Shown in pieces: positions 51,668 through 62,139 of a stretch of 64,000 nt of DNA; the stretch's first letter is position 1; each line of letters opens with the position of its first letter. The translations under genes were made by a program, and so were the position numbers. The DNA comes from Escherichia coli (GTDB lineage: Bacteria; Pseudomonadota; Gammaproteobacteria; Enterobacterales; Enterobacteriaceae), in NCBI RefSeq assembly GCF_013315695.1, contig NZ_CP054356.1. One strand, 5' to 3'. The notes beneath the pieces are model-generated. The model did not search any database and was not told the origin of the DNA. It saw only the letters and a list, made by a program, of their open reading frames with translations.

Positions 51668-53514
51668 AACGTATTTTACCTCTGATACTGGCTCTGGTTG
51701 CCGGCATGGCACAGGCTGACAGCAACAGTGATTACCGGGCCGGTTCTGATTTTGCCCGTCAGATTCAGGGGCAGGGTACAGGCAGTATTCAGGGCTTTAA
51801 GCCACAGGAGAGTATCCCCAGCTATAACGCGAATCCGGACGAGACAAAATATTACGGTGGCGTGACTGCCGGCGGGGATGGCGGCCTGAAAAATGACGGC
51901 ACCACGGAATGGGCGACCGGTGAAACCGGAAAAACCATCACAGAGTCCTTCATGAACAAGCCGAAAGACATTCTGTCACCGGATGCACCGTTCATTCAGA
52001 CCGGCAGGGATGTGGTGAACCGGGCTGACAGCATTGTGGGAAACACCGGGCAGCAGTGCAGTGCGCAGCAGATAAACCGCAGTGAGTTCACAAACTATAC
52101 CTGTGAGCGGGACACGATGGTGGAGGAGTACTGCACACGGACTGCCAGTATCACCGGGGACTGGAAATACACGGATGAATATCGTGAAGTGACGATACCG
52201 CACTCACAGTTCCGGTTCAGTATGAACGGGCTGAAACTGGTGTTCAGTGTCACGGCTCCGGTAACCGGTACAGTGGAAAGTGCATCATTGTCTGTATACG
52301 CCGCTTTTTTCTTCCTGAACTCCCGTTATACCTTCATGAATACAACCTTTAATGTCGGCCTGGCAAACGGGCAGTCGGATACTTACCCCCTGTCCGGGGC
52401 GACAGGTTTGCAGGTGACACAGGGGCAGGTTCTGACCGGTAGTGGCTGTACTGCTAACGGTAATTGCCTCCCGCACGGGAATGGTGACAGGAAAGTCTAT
52501 GAATCGCTTGTCAGTGGTGCTTCCACCTTTACGCTGAAACTCAGGATGAAGGTCCGTGATAAAGAATGGGTTCCCCGGGTGGAGTGGGTGGAGAGTTGTC
52601 CGTTTAATAAAGCGGATGGCGTGCTGACAGGCACTGAGTGTTCAGAGCCGGGTGGTACGAAAACCGGAGTGATGGAAGGTAAACCCTGGAACATCACACA
52701 GGCATGCTGGGCATACCGGGATAAATATGTCACTCAGTCCGCAGATAACGGCACCTGTCAGAAATATGTCGATAATCCGGCCTGTACGCTGGCCTCACGT
52801 CAGTGCGCGTTTTATTCCGATGAGGGAACCTGTCTGCATGAGTACGCCACGTACTCCTGCGAGTCCAGAACATCAGGAAAAGTGATGGTCTGTGGTGGTG
52901 ATGTCTTCTGCCTTGACGGTGAATGCGATAAGGCACAGAGCGGAAAAAACAGTGATTTTGGTGAAGCAGTATCACAGCTGGCTGCGCTTGCCGCCGCAGG
53001 TAAGGATGTTGCCGCCCTGAATGGTGTGGATGTCAGGGCTTTCACGGGTGAGGCGAAATTCTGCCGTAAGGCCGCAGCCGGCTTCAGTAACTGCTGTAAG
53101 GATGGCGGCTGGGGTCAGGATGTGGGGCTGGCGAAGTGCAACAGTGAAGAAAAGGCGCTGGGAAAGGCAAAGGACAACAAACTGACGGTGAGTGTGGGCG
53201 AGTTCTGCTCCCGGAAAGTGCTGGGTGTCTGTCTGCAGAAAAAGCGCAGCTACTGCCAGTTTGATTCGAAGCTGGCGCAGATAGTCCAGCAGCAGGGGCG
53301 TAACGGGCAGTTGCGTATCAGTTTTGGCAGTGCGAAGCATCCTGACTGTCGGGGGATTACGGTTGATGAGCTGCAGAAAATTCAGTTCGACAGACTGGAT
53401 TTCACTAACTTCTACGAAGACCTGATGAATAACCAGAAAATCCCGGACAGTGGCGTTCTGACGCAGAAAGTGAAAGAGCAGATTGCTGACCAGCTGAAAC
53501 AGGCAGGACAGTAA
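51664..53514 (+). CDS. traN: Mating-pair stabilisation outer-membrane protein TraN, 616 aa
   Basis: Signal peptide, many conserved Cys in the C-terminal third; size and position. Confidence 0.9.
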   Translation: MKRILPLILALVAGMAQADSNSDYRAGSDFARQIQGQGTGSIQGFKPQESIPSYNANPDETKYYGGVTAGGDGGLKNDGTTEWATGETGKTITESFMNKPKDILSPDAPFIQTGRDVVNRADSIVGNTGQQCSAQQINRSEFTNYTCERDTMVEEYCTRTASITGDWKYTDEYREVTIPHSQFRFSMNGLKLVFSVTAPVTGTVESASLSVYAAFFFLNSRYTFMNTTFNVGLANGQSDTYPLSGATGLQVTQGQVLTGSGCTANGNCLPHGNGDRKVYESLVSGASTFTLKLRMKVRDKEWVPRVEWVESCPFNKADGVLTGTECSEPGGTKTGVMEGKPWNITQACWAYRDKYVTQSADNGTCQKYVDNPACTLASRQCAFYSDEGTCLHEYATYSCESRTSGKVMVCGGDVFCLDGECDKAQSGKNSDFGEAVSQLAALAAAGKDVAALNGVDVRAFTGEAKFCRKAAAGFSNCCKDGGWGQDVGLAKCNSEEKALGKAKDNKLTVSVGEFCSRKVLGVCLQKKRSYCQFDSKLAQIVQQQGRNGQLRISFGSAKHPDCRGITVDELQKIQFDRLDFTNFYEDLMNNQKIPDSGVLTQKVKEQIADQLKQAGQ

Positions 53515-53537
53515 GGTATGGAAAATAACCGGGGGAA

Positions 53538-53798
53538 ATGATGAAAGTCATATTCACGTCGAACCGTTTTATTGATTTTCTTATCCGGCTTTTGATTACA
53601 GCGATTGTCATTTCCCCGGTAATTATCTGGTCGTGGGATACGGTAAAAGAAACCACTGCAGGTGAGATGCTTGCTGCTTGTTTTGTTATTTTTTACTCCG
53701 GTGTGCTCCTGTTTATTCTGTATTTTTGTTTTTCTGCCCTGACTGGCCTGCAGAAAGATGATGAAAGAAAAAATGATGAAAGGAATGAAGATGAATAA
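53538..53798 (+). CDS. trbE: Transfer protein TrbE, 86 aa
   Basis: Position and size. Confidence 0.7.
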   Translation: MMKVIFTSNRFIDFLIRLLITAIVISPVIIWSWDTVKETTAGEMLAACFVIFYSGVLLFILYFCFSALTGLQKDDERKNDERNEDE

Positions 53799-54534
53799 AG
53801 CATTACTGCCACTGTTACTCTGCTGCTTTATTTTTCCGGCGTCAGGGAAAGATGCAGGCTGGCAGTGGTATAACGAGAAAATAAATCCGAAGGAAAAAGA
53901 AAATAAACCTGTACCTGCAGCCCCCCGTCAGGAGCCGGATATTATGCAGAAACTGGCCGCGCTGCAGACGGCAACAAAGCGGGCGCTGTACGAAGCCATT
54001 CTGTATCCCGGCGTGGATAATTTTGTGAAATATTTCCGGCTGCAGAATTACTGGACTCAGCAGGCCGGGCTTTTCACCATGAGTGCTAAAAAGGCCATGC
54101 TGGCACATCCCGAACTGGACTATAACCTGCAGTACAGCCATTACAACGGCACGGTACGGAACCAGCTGGCGGCAGACCAGGCGCAGCAGCGACAGGCCAT
54201 TGCGAAACTGGCTGAACACTACGGCATCATGTTTTTTTACCGGGGGCAGGACCCCATCGACGGGCAACTGGCGCAGGTCATTAATGGCTTCCGGGATACG
54301 TATGGTCTGAGTGTTATTCCCGTTTCCGTGGATGGCGTGATTAATCCGCTGTTGCCGGATTCCCGGACTGACCAGGGGCAGGCGCAGCGCCTCGGCGTGA
54401 AATATTTCCCGGCCATGATGCTGGTTGACCCGAAACAGGGCAGTGTTCGCCCGTTATCATACGGCTTTATTTCGCAGGACGACCTGGCAAAACAATTCCT
54501 GAACGTTTCTGAAGATTTTAAACCGAATTTTTAA
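53791..54534 (+). CDS. traF: Pilus assembly protein TraF (thioredoxin-like fold), 247 aa
   Basis: Start at MNKALLPLLLCCFIFPASG; position and size. Confidence 0.88.
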   Translation: MNKALLPLLLCCFIFPASGKDAGWQWYNEKINPKEKENKPVPAAPRQEPDIMQKLAALQTATKRALYEAILYPGVDNFVKYFRLQNYWTQQAGLFTMSAKKAMLAHPELDYNLQYSHYNGTVRNQLAADQAQQRQAIAKLAEHYGIMFFYRGQDPIDGQLAQVINGFRDTYGLSVIPVSVDGVINPLLPDSRTDQGQAQRLGVKYFPAMMLVDPKQGSVRPLSYGFISQDDLAKQFLNVSEDFKPNF

Positions 54535-54547
54535 CCAAAGGTTATAT

Positions 54548-54892
54548 ATGCATACAGGGGATTTGTGTTTTTTTACAGGTGCCAGCCTGTTTATCGTGGG
54601 GGTTGTTGGTTATTTCTTTACAGGACCAAATAATAAAGGAGTTTATCTGCTGAGCTCGTTTGTCTTCTTTGTAGTAAATGTCATAAGTGTATGTATGCTG
54701 CCAGATAATTTCTTGTTTCTTTGTGGTGCGGTTATGAATCAGTGTGCCGTACCGGTTGTTTCAATGGCAGTCAGTACCATACCGGTTATCACGAAGTTTG
54801 ACAGTTTCAGAAGGATGTTTGTTTGTATTATGTTGTCATCAGCATGGTCCGGAGTGATGTGGTTTTTTATAAGGGGGCTTATGACAGGCTAA
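54548..54892 (+). CDS. trbA: Transfer protein TrbA, 114 aa
   Basis: Hydrophobic small protein at the expected position. Confidence 0.6.
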   Translation: MHTGDLCFFTGASLFIVGVVGYFFTGPNNKGVYLLSSFVFFVVNVISVCMLPDNFLFLCGAVMNQCAVPVVSMAVSTIPVITKFDSFRRMFVCIMLSSAWSGVMWFFIRGLMTG

Positions 54893-55010
54893 GTCATATA
54901 AAACGGTAATAAAAACCATACAAAATAATGAGGTTGATCTGATTAATATCACACAAACGCGAATATTACAGACATGAATACTCTCATGTAAATAATAACC
55001 GGAGTTTAAC

Positions 55011-55295
55011 ATGATAAGTAAACGCAGATTCTCTTTACCACGGCTTGATATTACGGGAATGTGGGTATTTTCCCTGGGTGTCTGGTTTCATATCGTCGCC
55101 CGTCTTGTTTACAGCAAACCCTGGATGGCTTTTTTTCTGGCGGAGTTGATTGCGGCCATCCTTGTGCTGTTCGGCGCATACCAGGTGCTGGATGCATGGA
55201 TTGCACGTGTCAGCCTGGAAGAGCGTGAGGCACTGGAAGCCAGGCAACAGGCCATGATGGAAGGGCAGCAGGAGGGCGGACATGTCTCTCACTAA
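55011..55295 (+). CDS. traQ: Pilin chaperone TraQ, 94 aa
   Basis: Position and size; membrane segment. Confidence 0.85.
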   Translation: MISKRRFSLPRLDITGMWVFSLGVWFHIVARLVYSKPWMAFFLAELIAAILVLFGAYQVLDAWIARVSLEEREALEARQQAMMEGQQEGGHVSH

Positions 55296-55827
55296 ATTAC
55301 TGCCGGTCATTTTGTTGATGATGGCCACAGGTGTGCAGGCCTCCACCCGGGATGAAATTGAACGACTCTGGAATCCGCAGGGTATGGCCGTGCAGCCTGC
55401 ACAACCGGCAGCAGACACATCAGCCAGAACAGAAAAGCCGGCTCCCCGCTGGTTCCGCCTCAGCAACGGCAGGCAGGTTAACCTGGCCGACTGGAAGGTG
55501 GTGCTGTTTATGCAGGGGCATTGCCCTTACTGTCACCAGTTTGACCCGGTACTGAAACAGCTGGCACAGCAGTACGGCTTTTCCGTTTTTCCCTACACCC
55601 TGGATGGTCAGGGGGATACCGCCTTTCCGGAAGCATTACCGGTGCCACCGGACGTGATGCAGACCTTCTTCCCGAATATCCCGGTGGCCACACCGACCAC
55701 CTTCCTGGTCAACGTCAACACACTTGAGGCATTACCGCTTTTGCAGGGGGCAACGGATGCCGCCAGTTTTATGGCGCGGATGGATACCGTTCTGCAGATG
55801 TACGGAGAGGAAAAAGGTACGAAATAA
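55282..55827 (+). CDS. trbB: Periplasmic thioredoxin-like disulfide isomerase TrbB, 181 aa
   Basis: Signal peptide and CPYC active-site motif. Confidence 0.88.
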   Translation: MSLTKLLPVILLMMATGVQASTRDEIERLWNPQGMAVQPAQPAADTSARTEKPAPRWFRLSNGRQVNLADWKVVLFMQGHCPYCHQFDPVLKQLAQQYGFSVFPYTLDGQGDTAFPEALPVPPDVMQTFFPNIPVATPTTFLVNVNTLEALPLLQGATDAASFMARMDTVLQMYGEEKGTK

Positions 55828-55831
55828 GCAG

Positions 55832-56104
55832 GTGGTGTTACTCATTGCCGGAATATCCGGCATCGCGACGGGAATAATCGTCAGCCTGAATATCCCCTTT
55901 ATCCGTCAGGGGCTTTTTTATCCCGCCAGCCCTGTGGAAATTGTCGTTTCGCTGTGTCTTACCTTTTCTGTTTCTGTTGTGTTTTTTGTGGGGGCAATTG
56001 TGGGATGGATTTCGGTGTCTGAAATATATTACAGCCGCATGAACGGCCTGAATGAATCATCGGAAATATCAGAGGAAACTTATAATGAAAGAAAAAAGAA
56101 ATGA
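55832..56104 (+). CDS. trbJ: Transfer protein TrbJ, about 90 aa (probable GTG start)
   Basis: Hydrophobic ORF overlapping the trbB stop; start codon assignment tentative. Confidence 0.5.
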   Translation: MVLLIAGISGIATGIIVSLNIPFIRQGLFYPASPVEIVVSLCLTFSVSVVFFVGAIVGWISVSEIYYSRMNGLNESSEISEETYNERKKK

Positions 56105-56477
56105 TGCGGAACTAAAAAACAGAAAAACTAAACGGGATTATGATTATGAACGCAGGGTTTCTGATATATATTTTGATCTGTTTTTTGTGTTCGTTGCTGC
56201 CGGAACTTTTTTATGGGTGATTATGCATAGTATTTTTGATGCCTGTATTGATTCGTGGAAAGCTGACCCGGAATTAAATAATTTTCGTTATATGTGGAAC
56301 ATCCTGATGTATGTCATTCCGTATACGTTATGGGCGTTTGCAGGTGGATTTCTTATCGTATACGTCAGGAACCCTTTAAATGAATTAATAAACGGGGGGA
56401 TCAGAATATTCCGGCTGAAACGCCGTATGCGCCGGGAGAACAAATTAAGGGAGGGTGGCAATAATGCTTCGCATTAA
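56085..56477 (+). CDS. trbF: Transfer protein TrbF, about 130 aa
   Basis: Position and size; start chosen at the internal ATG. Confidence 0.55.
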   Translation: MKEKRNDAELKNRKTKRDYDYERRVSDIYFDLFFVFVAAGTFLWVIMHSIFDACIDSWKADPELNNFRYMWNILMYVIPYTLWAFAGGFLIVYVRNPLNELINGGIRIFRLKRRMRRENKLREGGNNASH

Positions 56478-57837
56478 ACCTCTTCTGGTTCTTTGTGCCG
56501 CTTTACTGACGGTCACACCCGCAGCGTCAGCGGATGTGAACAGCGACATGAATCAGTTCTTTAATAAGCTGGGATTTGCTTCCAATACCACACAACCGGG
56601 CGTCTGGCAGGGGCAGGCCGCCGGGTATGCCTATGGTGGCTCCCTGTATGCCCGCACCCAGGTCAAAAATATCCAGCTGATTTCCATGACGCTGCCGGAT
56701 ATCAATGCCGGATGTGGCGGCATCGACGCCTATCTCGGCTCGTTCAGTTTTATTAATGGCGATCAGTTGCAGCGTTTTGTTAAGCAGATTATGAGCAACG
56801 CTGCCGGTTACTTTTTTGACCTTGCCCTGCAGGCAACGGTGCCGGAAATCAAAACCGCAAAAGACTTCCTGCAGAAAATGGCAAGCGACATTAACAGTAT
56901 GAACCTCAGCTCCTGTCAGGTGGCGCAGGGGATTGTCGGAGGATTATTTCCTCAGACTCAGGTGTCACAGCAGAAGGTCTGTCAGGACATTGCCGGTGAG
57001 AGCAATATTTTTGCTGACTGGGCCGCGTCCCGTCAGGGCTGCACGGTCGGAGGACAGTCATCGTCTGTTCGTGACAAGGCCAGTGACAAAGATAAGGAAC
57101 GGGTGCTGAAGAACATCAATATCATCTGGGACTCGCTGTCCAAAAACAGGATGCTTGATGGTAACAAAGAACTGAAAGAATTTATTATGACGCTCACCGG
57201 TACGCTGATTTTTGGGGAAGACAGCGAGATTACCCCCCTGCCGGCGCGTACCACTGACCGCGATATCCTCCGGGCGATTATGGAGGGGGGAACGGCAAAA
57301 GTTTATCACTGCAACGATTCGGACAAGTGTCTGAAGGTGGTGGCGGATGCAAATGTGACCATCGCCCGGGATAAAGCCCTGAAATCACAGATTACAAAAC
57401 TGCTCACCAGTATTCAGAATAAAGCGGTGAGTGATACTCCACTGGATGACAGGGAAAAAGGCTTCATTTCCAGCACCACCGTCCCCGTCTTTAAATATCT
57501 TATTGACCCGCAGATGCTCGGTGTGTCCAGCAGCGTGGTTTACCAGCTGACGGACTATATCGGCTACGACATCATGCTCCAGTACATTCAGGAACTGCTT
57601 CAGCAGGCCCGGGCCATGATTGCCACCGGGAACTATCCACAGACCGTGCTGGACAGTGTGCTGGAGAATCTGAATCAGGCACAGCAACAGATTGCGGTTT
57701 TCCAGGGGCAGGTAAAGGTCCAGCAGGATGCATTGCTGGTTGTTGACCGTCAGATGAGCTACATGCGCCAGCAGCTTTCCGCCCGCATGCTCAGCCGTTA
57801 CCAGAACAACTATCACTTCGGAGGGAGCACGCTGTGA
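56455..57837 (+). CDS. traH: Pilus assembly protein TraH, about 460 aa
   Basis: Signal peptide; size and position. Confidence 0.9.
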   Translation: MAIMLRIKPLLVLCAALLTVTPAASADVNSDMNQFFNKLGFASNTTQPGVWQGQAAGYAYGGSLYARTQVKNIQLISMTLPDINAGCGGIDAYLGSFSFINGDQLQRFVKQIMSNAAGYFFDLALQATVPEIKTAKDFLQKMASDINSMNLSSCQVAQGIVGGLFPQTQVSQQKVCQDIAGESNIFADWAASRQGCTVGGQSSSVRDKASDKDKERVLKNINIIWDSLSKNRMLDGNKELKEFIMTLTGTLIFGEDSEITPLPARTTDRDILRAIMEGGTAKVYHCNDSDKCLKVVADANVTIARDKALKSQITKLLTSIQNKAVSDTPLDDREKGFISSTTVPVFKYLIDPQMLGVSSSVVYQLTDYIGYDIMLQYIQELLQQARAMIATGNYPQTVLDSVLENLNQAQQQIAVFQGQVKVQQDALLVVDRQMSYMRQQLSARMLSRYQNNYHFGGSTL

Positions 57838-60656
57838 ATGAAGTCTATGTGATTGCCGGTGGTGAGTGGTTAAGCAATAACCTGAACGCCATTGCCGCCT
57901 TTATGGGGACCCGGACGTGGGATTCCATCGAAAAAATTGCGCTCACATTGTCTGTTCTCGCGGTGGCCGTGATGTGGGTACAGCGGCACAACGTGATGGA
58001 TTTGCTGGGCTGGGTGGCCGTGTTTGTGCTTATCAGCCTGCTGGTTAATGTCCGTACATCGGTGCAGATTATTGATAACAGTGACCTGGTCAAAGTTCAC
58101 CGGGTGGATAATGTGCCGGTCGGACTGGCGATGCCACTTTCACTGACGACCCGTATCGGGCATGCAATGGTGGCCAGTTACGAGATGATATTCACCCAGC
58201 CGGACAGTGTCACCTACAGCAAAACGGGGATGCTGTTCGGCGCAGAACTGGTATCAAAAAGCACCGACTTTTTGTCCCGCAATCCGGAAATCGCCAATCT
58301 TTTTCAGGATTATGTGCAGAACTGTGTGATGGGGGATATTTACCTGAACCACAAATACACGCTGGAGGAGCTGATGGCCTCCGCTGATCCCTACACGCTG
58401 ATTTTTTCCCGCCCCAGTCCGCTGCGGGGCGTTTACGACAGCAATAATAATTTCGTGACCTGTAAGGACGCGTCGGTTTCGCTGAAAGACAAGCTGAATC
58501 TGGACACACAGAGTGGCGGAAAAACCTGGCATTATTATGCCCAGCAGTTATTTGGTGGTCGCCCTGATCCGAACCTGTTGTTCAGTACGCTGATTGGCGA
58601 CAGTTACAGTTACTTCTATGGCTCAAGTAAATCAGCCAGCCAGATCATCCGCCAGAATGTCACCATCAATGCGCTGAAGGAGGGGATCACCAGTTATGCC
58701 GCACGTAATGGTGATTCGGCCAGCCTGGTGAATCTGGCCACCACATCATCGATGGAGAAGCAACGTCTGGCACATGTCTCCATCGGTCATGTGGCGATGC
58801 GGACACTGCCCATGACGCAGACCATCCTGACGGGGATCGCCATCGGTATTTTCCCGCTCCTGGTACTGGCGGCTGTCTTCAACAAACTGACGCTGTCCGT
58901 CCTGAAAGGCTATGTGTTTGCCCTGATGTGGTTGCAGTCATGGCCAATGTTGTACGCCATTCTGAACAGTGCCATGACATTTTATGCGAAGCAGAACGGT
59001 GCACCGGTGGTGCTCTCAGAAATTTCACAGATACAGCTGAAATACTCCGATCTGGCTTCCACTGCCGGGTATCTTTCCATGATGATCCCGCCATTATCCT
59101 GGATGATGGTCAGGGGACTCGGGGCCGGATTTTCCAGTGTGTACAGCCATTTCGCTTCCTCTGCTATCAGCCCGACCGCCAGTGCGGCAGGCAGTGTGGT
59201 TGACGGTAATTACTCCTACGGCAACATGCAGACGGAAAACGTGAACGGCTTCAGCTGGAGCACCAACAGCACCACGTCGTTTGGTCAGATGATGTACCAG
59301 ACCGGCAGTGGCGCAACTGCCACACAGACCCGTGACGGTAATATGGTGATGGATGCGAGCGGGGCGATGTCCCGGTTACCGGTTGGTATCAATGCAACGC
59401 GTCAGATTGCAGCGGCACAACAGGAAATGGCCCGGGAGGCGTCGAACAGAGCAGAAAGCGCCCTGCATGGGTTCAGCAGCAGTATTGCCAGTGCCTGGAA
59501 CTCGCTCAGCCAGTTTGGTTCTAACCGGGGGAGCAGTGATTCTGTCACAGGTGGTGCTGACAGCACGATGAGCGCACAGGACTCCATGATGGCCAGCCGT
59601 ATGCGCAGTGCAGTGGAAAGCTATGCGAAGGCGCATAATATCAGTAATGAGCAGGCGACTCAGGAACTGGCATCCAGAAGTACGAGAACTTCTGCCGGGA
59701 TGTATGGAGATGCTCATGCTGAATGGGGGGTTAAACCTAAAATTCTTGGTGTTGGTGGAGGATTAGGCGTTAGAGGTGGTGGTCGGGCTGGTATTGATTG
59801 GGAAGATAATGATGCGCATACGGCAAGTAGTAATACTCAGTCGAGCCATAATGCTCGTCATGATATCGATGCCAGAGCTACACAAGACTTTAAAGAGGCC
59901 AGCGATTACTTTACCAGTCGCAAGGTCAGTGAGTCCGGCAGCCATACTGACAATAATGCTGATTCCCGTGTGGATCAGTTGTCTGCAGCCCTGAATTCAG
60001 CGAAGCAGAGTTACGACCAGTACACGACGAATATGACCCGCAGCCATGAATATGCTGAAATGGCATCCCGTACTGAAAGCATGAGTGGGCAGATGAGTGA
60101 AGACCTGTCGCAACAGTTTGCACAGTATGTAATGAAACACGCGCCACAGGATGCAGAAGCTATTCTGACAAACACCAGTTCACCGGAGATTGCAGAACGT
60201 CGTCGGGCGATGGCCTGGTCTTTTGTGCAGGAACAGGTACAGCCTGGTGTTGATAATGCCTGGCGGGAATCCCGTGGTGATATTGGTAAAGGAATGGAGA
60301 GCGTACCTTCGGGTGGTGGCAGTCAGGATATTATTGCTGACCATCAGGGACATCAGGCCATTATTGAGCAAAGAACGCAGGACAGTAATATCCGTAATGA
60401 TGTAAAACATCAGGTTGATAATATGGTCACAGAATATAAAGGGAATATAGGTGATACTCAGAACAGCGTACGTGGCGAGGAAAATATTGTAAGAGGACAG
60501 TATTCTGAACTGCAGAATCACCATAAAACAGAGGCATTATCTCAGAATAATAAATATAATGAAGAAAAGTCGGCTCAGGAAAGAATGCCCGGGGCTGACA
60601 GTCCACAGGAACTTATGAAAAGGGCAAAGGAATATCAGGATAAGTATAAGCAATAA
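57834..60656 (+). CDS. traG: Mating-pair stabilisation / entry-exclusion specificity protein TraG, 940 aa
   Basis: N-terminal polytopic membrane region and large periplasmic C-terminus; size and position. Confidence 0.9.
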   Translation: MNEVYVIAGGEWLSNNLNAIAAFMGTRTWDSIEKIALTLSVLAVAVMWVQRHNVMDLLGWVAVFVLISLLVNVRTSVQIIDNSDLVKVHRVDNVPVGLAMPLSLTTRIGHAMVASYEMIFTQPDSVTYSKTGMLFGAELVSKSTDFLSRNPEIANLFQDYVQNCVMGDIYLNHKYTLEELMASADPYTLIFSRPSPLRGVYDSNNNFVTCKDASVSLKDKLNLDTQSGGKTWHYYAQQLFGGRPDPNLLFSTLIGDSYSYFYGSSKSASQIIRQNVTINALKEGITSYAARNGDSASLVNLATTSSMEKQRLAHVSIGHVAMRTLPMTQTILTGIAIGIFPLLVLAAVFNKLTLSVLKGYVFALMWLQSWPMLYAILNSAMTFYAKQNGAPVVLSEISQIQLKYSDLASTAGYLSMMIPPLSWMMVRGLGAGFSSVYSHFASSAISPTASAAGSVVDGNYSYGNMQTENVNGFSWSTNSTTSFGQMMYQTGSGATATQTRDGNMVMDASGAMSRLPVGINATRQIAAAQQEMAREASNRAESALHGFSSSIASAWNSLSQFGSNRGSSDSVTGGADSTMSAQDSMMASRMRSAVESYAKAHNISNEQATQELASRSTRTSAGMYGDAHAEWGVKPKILGVGGGLGVRGGGRAGIDWEDNDAHTASSNTQSSHNARHDIDARATQDFKEASDYFTSRKVSESGSHTDNNADSRVDQLSAALNSAKQSYDQYTTNMTRSHEYAEMASRTESMSGQMSEDLSQQFAQYVMKHAPQDAEAILTNTSSPEIAERRRAMAWSFVQEQVQPGVDNAWRESRGDIGKGMESVPSGGGSQDIIADHQGHQAIIEQRTQDSNIRNDVKHQVDNMVTEYKGNIGDTQNSVRGEENIVRGQYSELQNHHKTEALSQNNKYNEEKSAQERMPGADSPQELMKRAKEYQDKYKQ

Positions 60657-60671
60657 TGCTGTTTTTGGGAG

Positions 60672-61157
60672 ATGATAATGAGATGTTTAACCCATATTAC
60701 TCTGGTAACGGTGATACAGTTTATCGCCTGTTATCTGGCTGGTTGGGGGAATGCCGAAACAATTTTTATGCTGTTCTTCATAGTACTATGGCAGGGACTG
60801 TTTATATGGTTGTTCTCTCAAATACGAAAAAAACGGAATGTGTCGGATGAGTTTAAGTTTAGTAAAGGCGTTTGGTATATAACGATGCCAGTATCTTCCT
60901 TACTCTCTCCATTATTAAGCCTGATGGTTTTTATCATTGGTACACTATACGAATTAAGGCGAGTTAGTGGTTGTGTAAGCGTAAGAGAATGGATGCAATC
61001 TCAGGTAAATGAACAAACTAATGAAGATTTGCATCTGGATTTTGATAATATGGATTTTCATCGTACTAATCCTGCAACAGGGTTACCTATGTCAGGTATT
61101 GGTGTGGATATCGGTGGTAATTCATATGGTTATAGTTCAAAACGATATGATGAGTGA
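60672..61157 (+). CDS. traS: Entry exclusion inner-membrane protein TraS (divergent), about 150-161 aa
   Basis: Hydrophobic ORF between traG and traT; assignment by synteny, since TraS is poorly conserved. Confidence 0.6.
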   Translation: MIMRCLTHITLVTVIQFIACYLAGWGNAETIFMLFFIVLWQGLFIWLFSQIRKKRNVSDEFKFSKGVWYITMPVSSLLSPLLSLMVFIIGTLYELRRVSGCVSVREWMQSQVNEQTNEDLHLDFDNMDFHRTNPATGLPMSGIGVDIGGNSYGYSSKRYDE

Positions 61158-61202
61158 ATCTTAATTTGTATATTATGACGTTTTATTCAATATGAAGGAA
61201 CA

Positions 61203-61937
61203 TTGATGAAAATGAAAAAATTGATGATGGTTGCACTGGTCAGTTCCACTCTGGCCCTTTCAGGGTGTGGTGCGATGAGCACAGCAATCAAGAAGCGTAA
61301 CCTTGAGGTGAAGACTCAGATGAGTGAGACCATCTGGCTTGAACCCGCCAGCGAACGCACGGTATTTCTGCAGATCAAAAACACGTCTGATAAAGACATG
61401 AGTGGGCTGCAGGGCAAAATTGCTGATGCTGTGAAAGCAAAAGGATATCAGGTGGTGACTTCTCCGGATAAAGCCTACTACTGGATTCAGGCGAATGTGC
61501 TGAAGGCTGATAAGATGGATCTGCGGGAGTCTCAGGGATGGCTGAACCGTGGTTATGAAGGCGCAGCTGTTGGTGCAGCGTTAGGTGCCGGTATTACCGG
61601 CTATAACTCAAATTCTGCCGGTGCCACACTCGGTGTAGGCCTTGCTGCTGGTCTGGTGGGTATGGCTGCAGATGCGATGGTGGAAGATGTGAACTATACC
61701 ATGATCACGGATGTACAGATTGCAGAGCGTACTAAGGCAACGGTGACAACGGATAATGTTGCCGCCCTGCGTCAGGGCACATCAGGTGCGAAAATTCAGA
61801 CCAGTACTGAAACAGGTAACCAGCATAAATACCAGACCCGTGTGGTTTCAAATGCGAACAAGGTTAACCTGAAATTTGAAGAGGCGAAGCCTGTTCTCGA
61901 AGACCAACTGGCCAAATCAATCGCAAATATTCTCTGA
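61203..61937 (+). CDS. traT: Surface exclusion / serum-resistance lipoprotein TraT, about 243 aa
   Basis: Translation [42 protein letters not shown]... matches recalled TraT; a stem-loop follows the stop. Confidence 0.92.
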   Translation: MMKMKKLMMVALVSSTLALSGCGAMSTAIKKRNLEVKTQMSETIWLEPASERTVFLQIKNTSDKDMSGLQGKIADAVKAKGYQVVTSPDKAYYWIQANVLKADKMDLRESQGWLNRGYEGAAVGAALGAGITGYNSNSAGATLGVGLAAGLVGMAADAMVEDVNYTMITDVQIAERTKATVTTDNVAALRQGTSGAKIQTSTETGNQHKYQTRVVSNANKVNLKFEEAKPVLEDQLAKSIANIL

Positions 61938-62139
61938 ACCTCGTCAGGAGGCTGATCTGACCGGCCTCCTTGCTGACGCCTCGCGTTGCTCGTTGTCCAA
62001 CCCCGGGATGTAACAAAATAAATTTTGTCACCTCCCGGCGTTTCCGAAATAAATATGAAAACACTGAGCGGTTGTGCAAATTCTTTGTGCGACCGTGAAG
62101 TGTTGCCGGCGAAGCCGGGATCTTCCGGAGAAAGTCATT

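Noticed and set aside
55035-55466. 143-aa minus-strand ORF antisense to traQ/trbB (considered as an artA-like antisense gene)
   Set aside because: I could not match it to recalled ArtA sequence or position, and it overlaps two well-supported tra genes; treated as spurious.
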